Below are positions 43,400 through 56,172 of a stretch of DNA of 64,000 nucleotides, piece after piece. Made by a program: the position numbers and the translations under genes. The stretch lies in assembly GCF_009914755.1 (NCBI RefSeq), contig NC_060947.1. One strand, written 5' to 3'. Every line of letters begins with the position of its first letter. The first letter of the stretch is position 1. The DNA comes from the human T2T-CHM13v2.0 reference genome, Homo sapiens. Under the pieces are notes generated by a model, which ran no database searches, was not told where the DNA came from, and saw only the letters and a list, made by a program, of their open reading frames with translations.

Positions 43400-46300
43400 C
43401 AGGTCACTATCCTCAGAGAAACGTCAGATCCAGATGCCACCATGCAAGGGGAGTTTCTGTGGTCCTACCTCTGGGTTTTCAGTGGGGTGGGCCGGGTCTG
43501 GTTGTTGGAGCCCTGCTGGGGTTGCAGGGATGGGCCTGTCCATTGGTCCTGGCGATGTCCAGAGCAGATGTGGAAGGAATAGGAGTTCAGCATGCCTGCT
43601 CAAAGCTGCACTGTAGAAACCATGAGCCCTGGATGTCCAGGTACATGGGGAGTTTTGGGAGAGGACACCCACACAGAAATCGCCCAAAATCCTGGGGTCT
43701 GTCCTGAGATAGGAACAGACTTGCTGCACTCTGGGCGGCTGAGCCCCCAGAGAGTGTCCTGCTGCCCGGGGCTCTGCAGAAGTCCCCTCATGCTGCTGGG
43801 CCTTGGCCTCAGGGTCAGCTTCTGGACTTCTGGAGCTGGGCTGGTGGGCCACGGAGGGCCAGCCCATCCCCCTTGGGGAGGGTCTGCATGCTGAGGGATG
43901 CCCACAGAGGCCTGGGTGCCAGGGACACTCGCTCCAGGCCCAGGACCTTCCTAGGGATCTTTGCGGGTTTGGCTGAAAGAAAAGCAGATTTGGTCCACTT
44001 CTCCACCAAGCCCATTTGTTCCTTGCAGGGCTGGGCCTCATGAACCTGGGCCCCTGGAGTTTTGGGGGTCTCTAGTGGCCCACCTGGTGTGACACTGAGG
44101 AAACACCCACAGGCTGCTGAACCCAGAGTGAGGGGTGCGTGCAGCTTGGGGCATGGTTGCTGTCAGAGCATCTCAGGCTGCTCCTGAGACGGACCCCAGG
44201 GTTCAGGCTGGCTCGGGGCTCCAGGCCTCATACCCTCACCCCAGGGCGGCTCGGTCTGGGCTTCAGCCCTGGTGCAGAACCCAGCTGGGAGAGGCCTTAC
44301 CTGTCACCTGGCCCCCTTGCCACCTAAGATGAGGATCTGTCTCCATAGCGCGTGAGACGCTCCTGGGCACTGGGCCCCTCTGCCATCCCGGACAATCCAC
44401 GCCATGCCATGACTTCCCACACCAAGGGGCCTACTGCACCGTTTCCCTGAATCCTCTCTCTGGGTCTGAGACACTGATTCTCTCCATTCCCTGGCTCAAG
44501 GCTTGCCGTCGTGACACACTTGGAGGGGTGCTTGTGAGTGAGGCGCCCCTGCTGTTCTCTGGCGTTGGTGCTGGCAGCTGTGGGTGTTGGCTCGCACAGA
44601 TGGGACCAACCCCTCCAGTGCCCCCTAGGGTTCTTCTAGGCCAGGAGGGGAAGGGTGTGGGGGAGGGGCTTGGAGGGGTCTTGCCCTCATCCCATGCCCT
44701 GTCACTGAGGCGAGTCTAGCACCTGCCCTGGGGCCCAGCTGGCCTGTTTTCAGAAACTTCTTTGAGAAGGAAGAGGAAAAGGAGGAAGGCCCAGGGAGTA
44801 GGGATGGAGGGTTCTGGGCACTCCCCATGATTTAATGCCTCAGAGGGTGACTCGGGAGGCTGGAGCCCACGTGGGATGCAGGTCGCAGTGTGTCCTTCTC
44901 AACTCGACCATGGAGGCCTGAGCACCACGTGGTCCTCAAGAGTCCAGGCCTGAGACAGCATGTCCTGAAGGAGCTCCCATGGGCCAAAGAGAGACAGCTT
45001 CAGGAGATGTTCTAGGAATGGGGCTGCACATCAGGCCAGGTGGGGTCTCCTGGGAGAGGTCTGTGCCTTCACCTCGTTTCTGCTCTGGGCACTTCCCAGT
45101 GGGCAGTGCTGGGCCCCTTTTGGACAACCCTGGGGTCCAGCTGTGCACAGGAGGCCATGGATGCAGGGAAGGCCCAGGCAGGGGAATGCTCACCACGCTC
45201 CTGCCTTTCATCTGTGTCGTGTCAGGGGTGGGCTCAGTTTCCAGAAGGACTCACGGTGCCCTGCACAGCTGACCAGGCCTGGCTTGGCTTGGCCTTCCCT
45301 CTAGGCCAGAGCAGAGGGTCGTGTGGACAGTGCAAGTGCTGCCCTCAGGACAGTTGAGGTCTGTCTTGTGTGGTCCTCCTGCTACCTTCAGGCACATGGG
45401 GACAAGTTTCTATGAACTTTGAATGCCGCTTATGTCCTGGCTGTGAGCTTGTGCTCGCCCTGCAGAAGGCAGACCTCCCAGAGCCTCAGGATGAGCCCAA
45501 AAGGGGTCTGTGGGGACAGCAGGCCTGGGAGGACCTGGCCTGTCAAGGCTGATGGCTGGTGGAGTGAGCAGAGCCTATTGGGATCCCAGTCTGTAGTGCC
45601 GGGGACCCACTCTGCACAGTATCAGACCCCCCTTCCCAATGAGGCTATGTCAGACAAGATCCTGCAGATCCTCATGGGGGTCGACTCATCTCAGTGGGAT
45701 GTGGCCCCTGGAAGAAGGGGCTCCCCAAGTTCTCTCCCAAGGTGAGTCCTAGCCCAGTCTGCACACGATGCCGGCTCTGAGCCCCAGCCCCTGCTGTGGG
45801 ATGTCGGCATGGTTTCTGTGCCCTGCAGGGACGTGCCTCTGCCTCCTGTGCAGAGGAGACGAGCAGGATCATTCTGGAGGGGTCAGAACCCTACAGCGGG
45901 GAAGCCAGGCACTGTGGGCAGCAGGGTCACTGGACTGGGGAGGGGGGGCGGTCTCCTGTGCATCCTTGCCCCATCAATTGAGTGCTGTGGGAAGCACATT
46001 AAGGTGGCAGTCTGGGTGCACAACATTTCCTTGTCCTCATGGAAGGAGCAGAGGTGTTCAGAGCCCCTAGGACTTCCCTGAAAGCCTCCCCGTTCCCGGG
46101 CCCTCTGCAGTCCCTACCCAATGCCAGAACTCCAGGCAGTAGGCTGGGCTGTCACCCTCTTCTCTGAGACACCTACCTCGACTCAGAGACCTCCCCGATG
46201 CCCTTCAGATGGGGACCCTCCATAGGCCTTATTTGATGCTGTAGCGCTCTTGGAGCACGCATGGTTTCTGAAGGCGTGGCTCACGTCCAGGCCATTCTGG

Positions 46301-46764
46301 TGTACATTCACTGAGGACAGCTTGCCCTGCTCCATCATTTTCTGTAGAGCAGGGCCAAGAGGGGGACCCACCCTCATAACAGACACAAGACTCACTGCCG
46401 AAACAGCTGTCATAAAACAGCAGTTCTGGAAGGAAAAGAGGCTTTTTCTGCAAAAAACTTCTCCTCCTTGTTTCCAAAGGCAGGGAAAGCCATCAGAGCC
46501 CAGCTCACCTGTGGAGCCCAGGTCACTATCTATCCGGGATTTGTGACTGGCCCCTTCCACCCTCTCAGGACTGACTTTCCCTCCAGCTGGGTAACTGGGC
46601 GCCTGACATGGCATGGCATGTTTGTCCTGCTCTGGCCAGTTGTGGTCGGGCCAAATGAGGTATTTCCCTAGGTTCCTGGCCTTCCCCTTCTTGAAAACCA
46701 TCAGGAGTGACCACACTGGACCCCAGACTTGTGGGGGGATTCCCTTGTAGATCCAGTGAGAAAA
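43400..46764 (-). pseudogene. Unprocessed TBC1D3/TBC1D26/USP6-family (Rab-GAP TBC domain) pseudogene; exons 46764-46657, 46341-46233, 46035-45970, 45507-45408, 45011-44871, 43972 to ~43400
   Basis: Exon translations WIYKGIPPQVWGPVWSLLM, KMMEQGKLSSVNVHQNGLDVSHAFRNH..ERYSIK, DKEMLCTQTATLMCFPQHSIDG, TPFGLILRLWEVCLLQGEHKL..AAFKV, AKP..TLPKGDGLALRGPPA and LPMYLDIQGSWF are collinear with TBC1D3 as recalled. Confidence 0.85.
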
Positions 46765-46929
46765 CCATGGACAGAAGAAGGCTTTGGTGAGACAGGTCTC
46801 AGGGTGATAGTAAGGAGGATCAGAGTCTAAGCATTCTGGAAGCCTCCTGCCTTTGGCTCCAAGGTTCCTCGGGGGAGGTCGAGTCTACCTAGGACCGGGC
46901 CTTCCTTCCAATGAATAAACAGTGGACAA

Positions 46930-48350
46930 GTGCTAAAAAAGACAAACAAAAAAAGAGTGTAACTGTGCATTTTAAAATAACATGAACAGTATAATTGGAT
47001 TATTTGCAACTCAGTGGATAAATGCTTGAGAGGAGGAATACCTCAATCTCCATCATGTCCTCATTTCAAATTGCAAGCTGCATCAAAACATGTCAAGTAT
47101 GTGTGCCTACTAAATACCCATAAAAATGGACATAAATGAAACGTTAAAAAACAAATAAACGACATATATAGCCGTATATCAATTAAAGGAATTGGATTCA
47201 GTAAAAGCAACAAAGAAACTCAACAAAGATATTTCTCAATTAAACCTCATGTTTCTGGTGACTTCACTGGATAATTCTGCCAAACGTTTCTGGGAGAAAT
47301 AACACCAGTTCTCCACTCAAGATAATTGAGGAGAGGCCACACTTTCCAAAGCATTTTACAGAGCAAGCACAAGCCTGATATCAAAACCAGACAACATTAT
47401 GAGAAAATAACATGACAGACCAATGTAACTCATGAACATAGACACAAACTCTGTAAAAAACAATTAACCGGAGTTAGAAACTAGCAACATAAAAAATTTA
47501 CATCCTAGCCAAATGGAATTTCCTCCATGTGAGTTTAGCAAAGTAACATGGTACAAGATGAACATGGAAAAGTCAATGCTATTTTTATATGCCAGCAACA
47601 AACAATTGAAAATTGAAAGTCGATATCCCTTAATATAGCAGCAAACCCCCCCGTGAAATCTGTAGTGGTAAAATTTAACAAAATATGTGCAAGACCTGTG
47701 CTCAGAAGCCTAAAAAACATTTCAGAAAAATATGAAACCACGTTGAAATAAATAGAGAGACATACCACATTAATGGATTGCAAGACTCAAGATTGTCAAT
47801 ATGTCAGTTACTCCCAAATAATCTATATGTCTAGTGTAAACCAATAAAAATCCCTGCAGCCTCTTGTTGCTATAAAATGACAAGCTGACTTCAAAATTTA
47901 TATGGGAAAGCAAAGGGACTAGAATAGCCTAACAATTTTATAAAGGACCAAGAATATTGGAGGACTCACATTACCTGATATCGAGATGCATTTGACAACT
48001 ATGCTAATCAGGACACTGTGATATTGGCAGAAGAAAAGGCATAAGAGTCCGAAGCTAGATCTATATATTCAAGTTAAATGGATTTTTCCATAAAGTGCCA
48101 AGAGAATTCAGTGGGGAAGGATGTTTTATTCCAGGAGTGGTGCTGGAACAGTCGGACATTGACATGCAAACAAATGAACCTCAAACTTTGCCTCACACCA
48201 TACACAAAAGTTAACTCAAAATGCTTCATAGAACTAAATGTGAAAGCTAATGTTACAACACTTGTAGAAGAAAATGTAAGGGAATCTGCAGCATCGTGTA
48301 AGATAAAGATAGACAGGATGCAAAAAGCACAAACTATGAAATAGAACAAA
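46930..48350 (+). mobile_element. Old L1 fragments (L1M ORF2, with an L1 3' UTR piece)
   Basis: ORF 48078 GKDVLFQEWCWNSRTLTCKQMNLKLCLTPYTKVNSK; ttggaggactcacattacctga. Confidence 0.85.
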
Positions 48351-49347
48351 CATACATTTTTAAAATTTTATATACTACAAACCTGTCCCTTCTATACCTT
48401 CACAAAGGAGAAAGAAGCTTTGGAGCTGGGAAAGCAGACTATTCCCCTGCTCTAGTAGTTCTCAGACAAGCTTCTGTGAAAGTTAGAGCCCAAGATCTGT
48501 TAAAAGTGCAGATTCCAGGAATCACACCCAGTGAAGCTTATGTAGTGTGGCCACAATGGTGTCCTAGGATCTGGGAATTCACTGCCCAGCCTAGGGAACT
48601 TCCAGAAACTTTATTAAATCCCTTAGGTAGCAAGACTGTCTGAAATATATCCACTCTTCCCAGGACAGACATGAAGTTGAGAAGAGCGACCTCAGAGCAC
48701 ACAGAAACACAGGACATGATGAACACAGTGTGAAAATCACCATAAGGGTAAGGCAGTGCGTCTTATGAGAAGACCTCACAACTCTTACTGGCCTTTCTCC
48801 CCAGAGGCCTCAGTTTATCTCAAATCCCTGCTCCTCATGGGTGGTGAATGGAGTTGTGTCAGGAAATGACCTTTTCGATCCCCAAAAGGCATGGGCTCCT
48901 TTCAGGGGCCACTGAACACATAGGATGGGGCATGATGCAAGCTATTGTTCCCCTCCCACCAGCCTTGGTTTCCTTCTTGCACCATCATGTGCTTCCACGG
49001 GAGCCTAGAGCAATGACACGACTTAGGGCCAATGTCTTCCCTTTTTAGGAGACCGGCCCCTCGCCTGAGCAGTGCGTCTCCCCTCTCCTCCTTTCAGCTG
49101 TCCTTCTCCTGATCTCATCTGCCATTCCACAGCAGACAGCTGTCCCTCGTAGCCTGATGATCTAGCCTGGCCCCTTCCTCCTATGTCCCAGCCTGGAGAG
49201 GGCTGCCCTCCCCGAGTGGAAGGACATCAGTCCCAGGGTCCCAGAGCCATGACTACTACAGAACCATCCTTAGCATCAGTGTCCCATGGCAGTGGCTGAC
49301 CTTTGAAATGAAGCTTCACCACCCATCGCAGCTGGCCCTGAAACACT

Positions 49348-49655
49348 TTCTTTTCTTTTTGTCTCATTTGAGACAGGCCCTCACTGCGTTGCTCAGCCTG
49401 TAGTGCCGTGGAGAAATCATGGCTCACAGTAGCCTTGACCTCCCAGACTCAAGCAATCCTTCCATCTCAGCCTCACAAGTAGCTGGAATTACATGCATGC
49501 TCCACCATGCCTGGGTATATGCTTTTAAAATTTTTTGTAAAACGGGGTCTCCCTATGTTGCCCAGGATGGTCGTGAACTCTGGGGCTGAAGGAATCCTCA
49601 TGCCTCGATGACTCAACATGCTGAGATTTGACGTCTGAGCCACCTTACCTTGCCG
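49348..49655 (-). mobile_element. AluJ
   Basis: tttgagacagg...catggctcacagtagccttgacctcccagactcaagcaatcct. Confidence 0.85.
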
Positions 49656-49664
49656 TGAACCATT

Positions 49665-50153
49665 TTCTTTCTTTTAAAATTACTATTATACTTTAAGTTC
49701 TGGGATATGTGTGCTGAACGTGTAGGTTTGTTACACAGGTATACACGTGCCATGATGGTTTGCTGCACCCATCAAGCCGTCATCTACATTAGGTATTTCT
49801 CCTAATGCTATCCCTCCCATAGACCCCCATCGCCCAACAGGCCCCAGTGTGTGATGTTCCCCTCCCTGTGTCCACGTGTTCTCATTGTTCAACTACCACT
49901 TATGAGTGAGAACATGGAGTGTTTGGTTTTCTGTTCCTGTGTCAGTTTGCTGAGAATGATGGTTTCCAATTTCATCCATGTCCCTGCAAAGGACATGAAC
50001 TCATCCTTTTTCATGGCTGCATAGTATTCCATGGTGTATATGAGCCACATTTTCTTTATCCAGTCTATCATTGATGGGCATTTGGGTTGGTTCCAAGTCT
50101 TTGCTATTGTGAATAGTGCTGCAATAAACATACGTGTGCATGTGTCTTTATAG
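49665..50153 (-). mobile_element. L1PA 3' end
   Basis: [36 protein letters not shown]...LSKLTQEQKTKHSMFSLISGS in ORF 49889. Confidence 0.95.
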
Positions 50154-50260
50154 CAGACACACTGAGTCAGGCACAGGCAGGGCCGACCAGGGTTTTCCTG
50201 GTATCCCCACACCCGAATTCCAGGGTGTTTGTAGTGGAAACAAAGGGACGCGAGAGCTTT

Positions 50261-50343
50261 TGTGTGTGTGCTTGTGTGTGTGTGTGTGTATGTGTGTCTG
50301 TGTGTGTCTGTGTTTGTGTGTGTGTGTCTGTCTGTGTGTGTGT
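50261..50343. repeat. Interrupted (TG)n microsatellite
   Basis: Direct observation. Confidence 0.95.
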
Positions 50344-51615
50344 CTTGTCCAACCATTCTCCTGCATCCGGAAACGTTGGGAACAGAGAGTCCCACGTCAC
50401 CCTTAGTGCGGAGTGTGTCTCAGAAAGACTTTTTGTGACAGAAATAAAGAATTTTATGTCTATATTTACACATGCCTTTTTCTCAGGGTGTTTTTCTGTT
50501 GTGAAGGGTGGAGGGCAGTGGCATGATCACGCCTCACTGCAGCATCCATCTTCTGGGCTCAAGCAAGCCTCCTCACACTGAAACCTCCCAAGTAGCTGGG
50601 AGTGCAGATGGCCGCCACCATGCCCACCTAATGTATTTAATTTTTTTTTTAGATGAGGTGTGTCAGTGTGTTGCTCAGGCTGCCTTCAAACACACAGCCT
50701 CAAGTGATCCTCCCATCTTGGCCAATTTTTATAAAGGCTTTTTATACATGCTGTAGACTCAATCAGTTCACACTTGTGTGCTTTTTTAATATTGTGTTAC
50801 TCCACCTTTGAACCTGTCAACTGGTAACTGATTTCCATGAAAACCTGTAAGGTGATCATGGCTCATCAGTCAGTGTGATTTCAGCGTTGACTCACAGCAG
50901 CTAGGAAAGCCTGCATGGGAAGTATGTCTTGAGGAAAACTGGAGAGTTTCCAGGAACAGTTTTGAAAAACAGAGACTACTTATGTCTTCCTTCCCTCCCT
51001 TGCTTCTCCTCATGTGCCAGGTTTTCTGCTTTCTCCAATTGTTAACAAATCAGCATGGAGTATTATGTGATGAAACGCTTTTATCTCTTTCATCATCCCG
51101 TTTCTTCCTCAAAACTTTTTTTTTTTTTTTCTGGAAGGGTGGTAGGCAGAAGGGACTAAACATATTCAGAAAAACACATTGTAATATAAATTTCGTGAAA
51201 AAATTCATCATATTTAAGAAATGGTCAGGATGAAATCCTGAATTTGTAATAATTGTAAAACTCAGTTTGCATAACCTCCAATCCTTTTGTCTCTATCACT
51301 TATCCGGTGAGAAGTGTAGAAAAGATGAATTCCTTGCTTGTGACAGTGGCATTAGTTAGTCAAACTGCTGCACCCTGTCCATCGATATCACACATCCAGA
51401 TTTAATAGCCACAAAATGCAAAGGCATTTTACAACTGTGGCGGTTTTCTTTATATCATTGTAATTTCCATTAAACCCCTAGCACTAAATTCAATATTCCC
51501 ACACTTGCAAGTACCATGGCCAAGAGAGATCCTGCCTGAAATGTTGAGAGGGGGCTGCAGCAGTGGCAACCCGGCTGAAGACGAGGCTGGAATGTGTCTT
51601 CACAAACCTGCAACC

Positions 51616-51903
51616 CCTTTTTTGAGGCAGGGTTTCTCTCTTTTGCCCAGGCTGGAGTACACTGGACGACTTATAGTGCACCACAGCGTAGGACTTCTGT
51701 GCTCAAGCGATCCTCCTGCCTTACGTTTCTGAGTAGATGGGACTACAGACATGTGCCACAATGCCCAGGTAATTTTAAAAATTGTGTAGAGCAGGGGTCT
51801 CACTATGTTGCCCAAGCTGGTCTTGAACTCCTGGCTTCAAGTGATTCTCCTCCCTCAGCCTCTCAAAATACTGGGATTACAGGCGTGAGCCACTGCCCGT
51901 GGC
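51616..51903 (-). mobile_element. AluJ
   Basis: ttttgaggcagggtttctctcttttgcccaggctggagtac...ctgggattacaggcgtgagccactgccc. Confidence 0.88.
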
Positions 51904-53404
51904 CTTTTTCTCACTTATTTTTCCTTTATCTAAGTTTTAAGGTTTATGTAAGGCTTTGCTCCAGCCCAGGAAACTGAATTTTTTCCCTCCCACTTGGAGG
52001 AAACAGCAATTCAAACGTTCAGGATTTTTGACCTACTGAAAGTTCATTGGCAACAATTGTGTCCTGTCTCTACCTGCCTGCAGGAGAAAACAAAAATTAA
52101 AGTCAGCACCAGGCTGCACTTTTCCTCCATACATTATCCTGTGCAGAACAGCGTTTGAGGGATCCAGTGAGCCAGTTCTCTTGCAGTTGGAGGGATTATT
52201 GTTAAATGCTGGGAGTACATGTATTTTTCATAACAGACAACAGCTCGGCTGTTGCTTCATACTATGGGGAAATGCATAGTCTCCCAGGAGTGACAGCTTC
52301 ATCATCTCTACCCCTTCACTCTTCCTTTACTCAAAGAAAGCTTTCACCATATTGTAGTGAGTCAGGGTCCTGCTGGTGAATCACACGGTTGTTGACACTG
52401 TGTCAGGGACCCCCAAGGCCACCCTCACCTTCAGTGATTCATGGACATTCTCTGCTGCCCTTCTGCATACAATACTCCTAATTGAAGCCAGCCCCCTCAC
52501 CTCAGGTCAGTATACCATGCGTCCCACCTTGTCATGGGCTTTGCTCCTGTAGTGATCACTCCTCTCTCCTGAACCATCGACTGCTCCCTCTACATTGGAT
52601 CATTCTCCAGCTACGGGAAAACTCACCTTCTTCCCCCATGTCCTTCTGTAGCTACGAACACATGTGTCTGCTGCCCTGCAAAGGAAAACTGCATGAACTT
52701 ATGCAACACACTTCATTGGAGTCCATTTTCAAAATTTTCTACAAAGGAAAATGAACCAGAATATCTAGAACAATTCTGAAGTGTAACTTGGGGGAATTCA
52801 CCCCACACAATGTCAAGATTCACATTAATTCTATTTTATTTATTGATTGATTATGTTATCAGTGAGTTGGAAGAAGTTGACTTCCCCCTTGGCTTGGGGG
52901 TTGATCCAATATAGAGGGAGCCGTTGATGGTTCAGGGGAGAGGAATGATCAGTGCAGGAGCAGAACTCCTGAAAAGGTGGGAGGCATGGGATCCTCAGCT
53001 GAGGTGAGGGTGCTGCCTTGAGTTAGGAGCATTGAATGAAGCTATTGATTATGATTTTTAATCATCCAGCCCCATATGGCAATTATGTTACTTCTCCAGT
53101 ATTCAGGACAGTGTGATATTGGGGGAAAATCTACAGATCAAAATAGAGTCTAGCAATAGACTCACAAACCTAATAAGTTGACTTTCAGAAAAGAGGCAAA
53201 GGCAATGGACAAAGATTATCTTTTAAAAATTGTGTTATTTTCTCCTGCCTCGTGGCCACTACATTAATTGTTTTTTATTCCTCTGGTTTCCTTTCCTGTG
53301 TTTCTCCTTTGCACTTCAACTGCTGTTCTGTTTGTCTGTCTGCCCCACCACAGTGCGATATTTCCCACAGCAAGGACCAAGTGTCTTTGTGATATTTGCT
53401 ATGT

Positions 53405-53852
53405 CCATCTCATCAATGATAAACCGAATCAAGAAAATGTGGTACACATGCACCATGGAATACTATGCAGCCATGAAATACTATGCAGCCATGAAATGAA
53501 TGAGCTCATGTCCTTGGCAGGGAGGTGGATGGTGGTGGCGGCCATTATCCTTAGCAAACTAATGCAGGAACAGAAAACCAAATACCGGATGTTCTCACTT
53601 ATAAGTGGGAGGTAAATGATGAAAACACATGGACACATGGGAGAACCATCACTCACTGGGGCGTACTGGAGTGCGGGGGTGGGAGGAGGGAGAGGATCAG
53701 GAAGAACAGCTCACGGATACTGGGCTTAATATCTGGGTGATGTGATGATGTGTGCGGTAAATCACCGTGGCACACATTTACTTGTGTAAGAAACCTGCAC
53801 ATCCTTCACATGTACCCCTGAACTTAAAGTAAAATTTGGAAATTAAAAAAAA
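53405..53852 (+). mobile_element. L1PA 3' end with an internal 18-bp tandem duplication
   Basis: IKKMWYTCTMEYYAAMKYYAAMK; LSKLMQEQKTKYRMFSLISGR. Confidence 0.9.
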
Positions 53853-55626
53853 GTCAATATCTCAGAATCCTTATTTCTATGTTTTGGTCTTTGTGTCATT
53901 TATCTAAGCATTATGGTGACATGAAAGCTGAGGCATAACAACAGTTAGTATGATTAGCAATTTAGCAGGATTATAGCTCAGTATGATATAACATCAACTA
54001 CTAGTATTGAATTGCATTCAACTCCTTGAAGTGCTTAAGGAAAGTTGGTAAGAAAAAGTATTCACACTTGAAAACATTTTTAAAATTCATGTAAACTGGA
54101 TCAACACTGATTACCACAGATGTCACTGTCACTAGATGCTAATGAATTACATAATAGTAACCATAAAACCCAGTCAAAAATAAAGGGGGAAATAAAAGGA
54201 GACATATCAAAGCATCATCAGATGAATGCAGGAACACCCACATGAACACACCCTGCAGTTAAACTGACAATTTAAACATCACTGAGTGCTATTTCAAGCA
54301 TTATGTAGAAAGCTACAGACAACAGTGAACTTATTCTGAGCACGTCTTAATCCATCATCTTCACAGATGGCTATAGAAATGGCCTGTAAACATTTTGTCT
54401 GATAACCGCTAAAGTAGTGACGTTCAAACTCTTTTATGACAATGTGTGAGAAACGCACAGTTTATATATAGTCGACTAGGCAAATAAATATATATATGTG
54501 CTTGGGGATGTGCAGTGAATATTGTATATTTGTATATTCTGTGTGCAGTGAATGCTACTTAGTAATTTATTTTATCTCCGTTCTTTAAAATGCTGTTTTT
54601 GGCTGACAACATTAATCTTATGATCGACCATGGATTAAAAACCAGTTTAGAAATGATTAAAGCCTTTTCAGAGAACATCTTGAATGGTTGATAAATGTTG
54701 CTATAGTATATATCCAAAAACACATTAGAACCCAATTTTGTCCGCCTCCTTAGCAATTCAGTGTTTTTAGACAAAAATGTCGTCTTTGATATGGGCCACA
54801 AAAGCCACTACAAAATAGACAATTACTGATGAAATGTGTGTTTCATCTGCAGATATCTGTTTCTCTTTTGCAAAGGTGAAGTCTTACTTGGACAGATGGG
54901 AACTCACAGGCAAAAAGGGACAGAAAGTACATATGACCTCTTGTCCTCTTGGTATCACGTGGAGGCTTTGCTTGGGCTGCAGCATACGTGAATGTTATGC
55001 ATTTCCTGCATTCATGGAGACCTCCCTGTGAGTGCACAGGGACCTCCATTCCCCTACGGTGGTCCCATTTTATGAGGCAAGTGGGAGAATGGCACGGAAC
55101 ATGGTAGGTAGTAAATAATTTGGCCTCAACCACAAAGCAATCTGAGCTCACATGACAGTGTTTACTCTGGTACCCTGAAACTTGCCAGCTGCTCAGAATC
55201 TGTAGACTTTGTCCCACCCACCCACCATCCTGTGGAAATCTATGTTTGGTCATAGATTCCCATGCGTGGAGGATGGGAAGCTCTGGTCATGTGGGAAATT
55301 GAGCCCTCTCACAGGTAGACTGGCTGTGTTGGTCCCAGCTCTGTTTCCTCCCTTAGCAGCTAGAGAGTTGCTAGGGTCATGTATCAGGCAACTCTTCTTG
55401 TCTCTGCAGTGTCTTTCATACTGTCTGCTGCTTCCTGTTTGTCACAAGGGCTCCTTCACAACTTTCCCAATACCAATGCAATTATGATCCTTTGAAGTTA
55501 TCCAGGAGGTCCGGAGTTATAGTCCACAGGAAGGGCAGCGGGAAGTTCAAATTTGGCAAGAAATTCAAGCCTGCCCTTTGAAGCTGGAGTGAGGCCACTC
55601 AGGAATCATTAAAGTCCAGGTCTGCA

Positions 55627-56172
55627 GGTGATGTTTAATATTAAGTGTCAACTTGGTTGGATCAAAGGGTGCAAAGTATTGTTCCTGGGTGTGTCTGAGA
55701 CGTTGTTGCCAAAGGAGATTAACATTTGAGTCAGTGGACTGGGAGAGGTAGACCCACCCTCAATCTGGGTGGGCACCGTCTAATCATTTGCCAGTGCCAC
55801 TAGAATAAACCAGGCAGAAGAACATGGAAAACCAGACTTGCTGAGTCTTCCAGCCTCCAACTTTCTCCCGTGCTGCATGCCTCCTGTCCTCAAACATCAG
55901 ACTCCAGGTTCCTCTGCTTTTGGACTCTTGAACTTACACTGGTGATCTGCCAGGGGCTCTCAGGCTTTCAGCCACAGACTAAAGGCTGCAATGCTGGCTT
56001 CAATACGTTTGAGGTTTTGGAACTCAGACTGCCTTTCTTGCTCCTCAGCTTGCAGACAGCCTATTTTGGGACTTCGCCTTGTGATTGTGTAAATCAATAT
56101 TCCTTGATAAGCCCTGCTTCACATATACATCTATGCATCAGTTCTGTCCTTCTGCAGATCCGTAACTAATAC
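55627..56172 (+). mobile_element. MLT2A-like (ERVL) LTR
   Basis: gtgtcaacttggttggat...gtattgttcctgggtgtgtctg...ggagattaacatttgagtcagtggactgggagagg...taactaataca. Confidence 0.88.

Noticed and set aside
43424-44041. 205-aa ORF and many overlapping ORFs at 42.3-46.7 kb
   Set aside because: GC-rich pseudogene sequence; real homology switches frame and is interrupted by introns and stops.
54800-55620. Possible ERV internal sequence beside the MLT2 LTR
   Set aside because: No recognisable gag/pol motif; cannot be supported without RepeatMasker.
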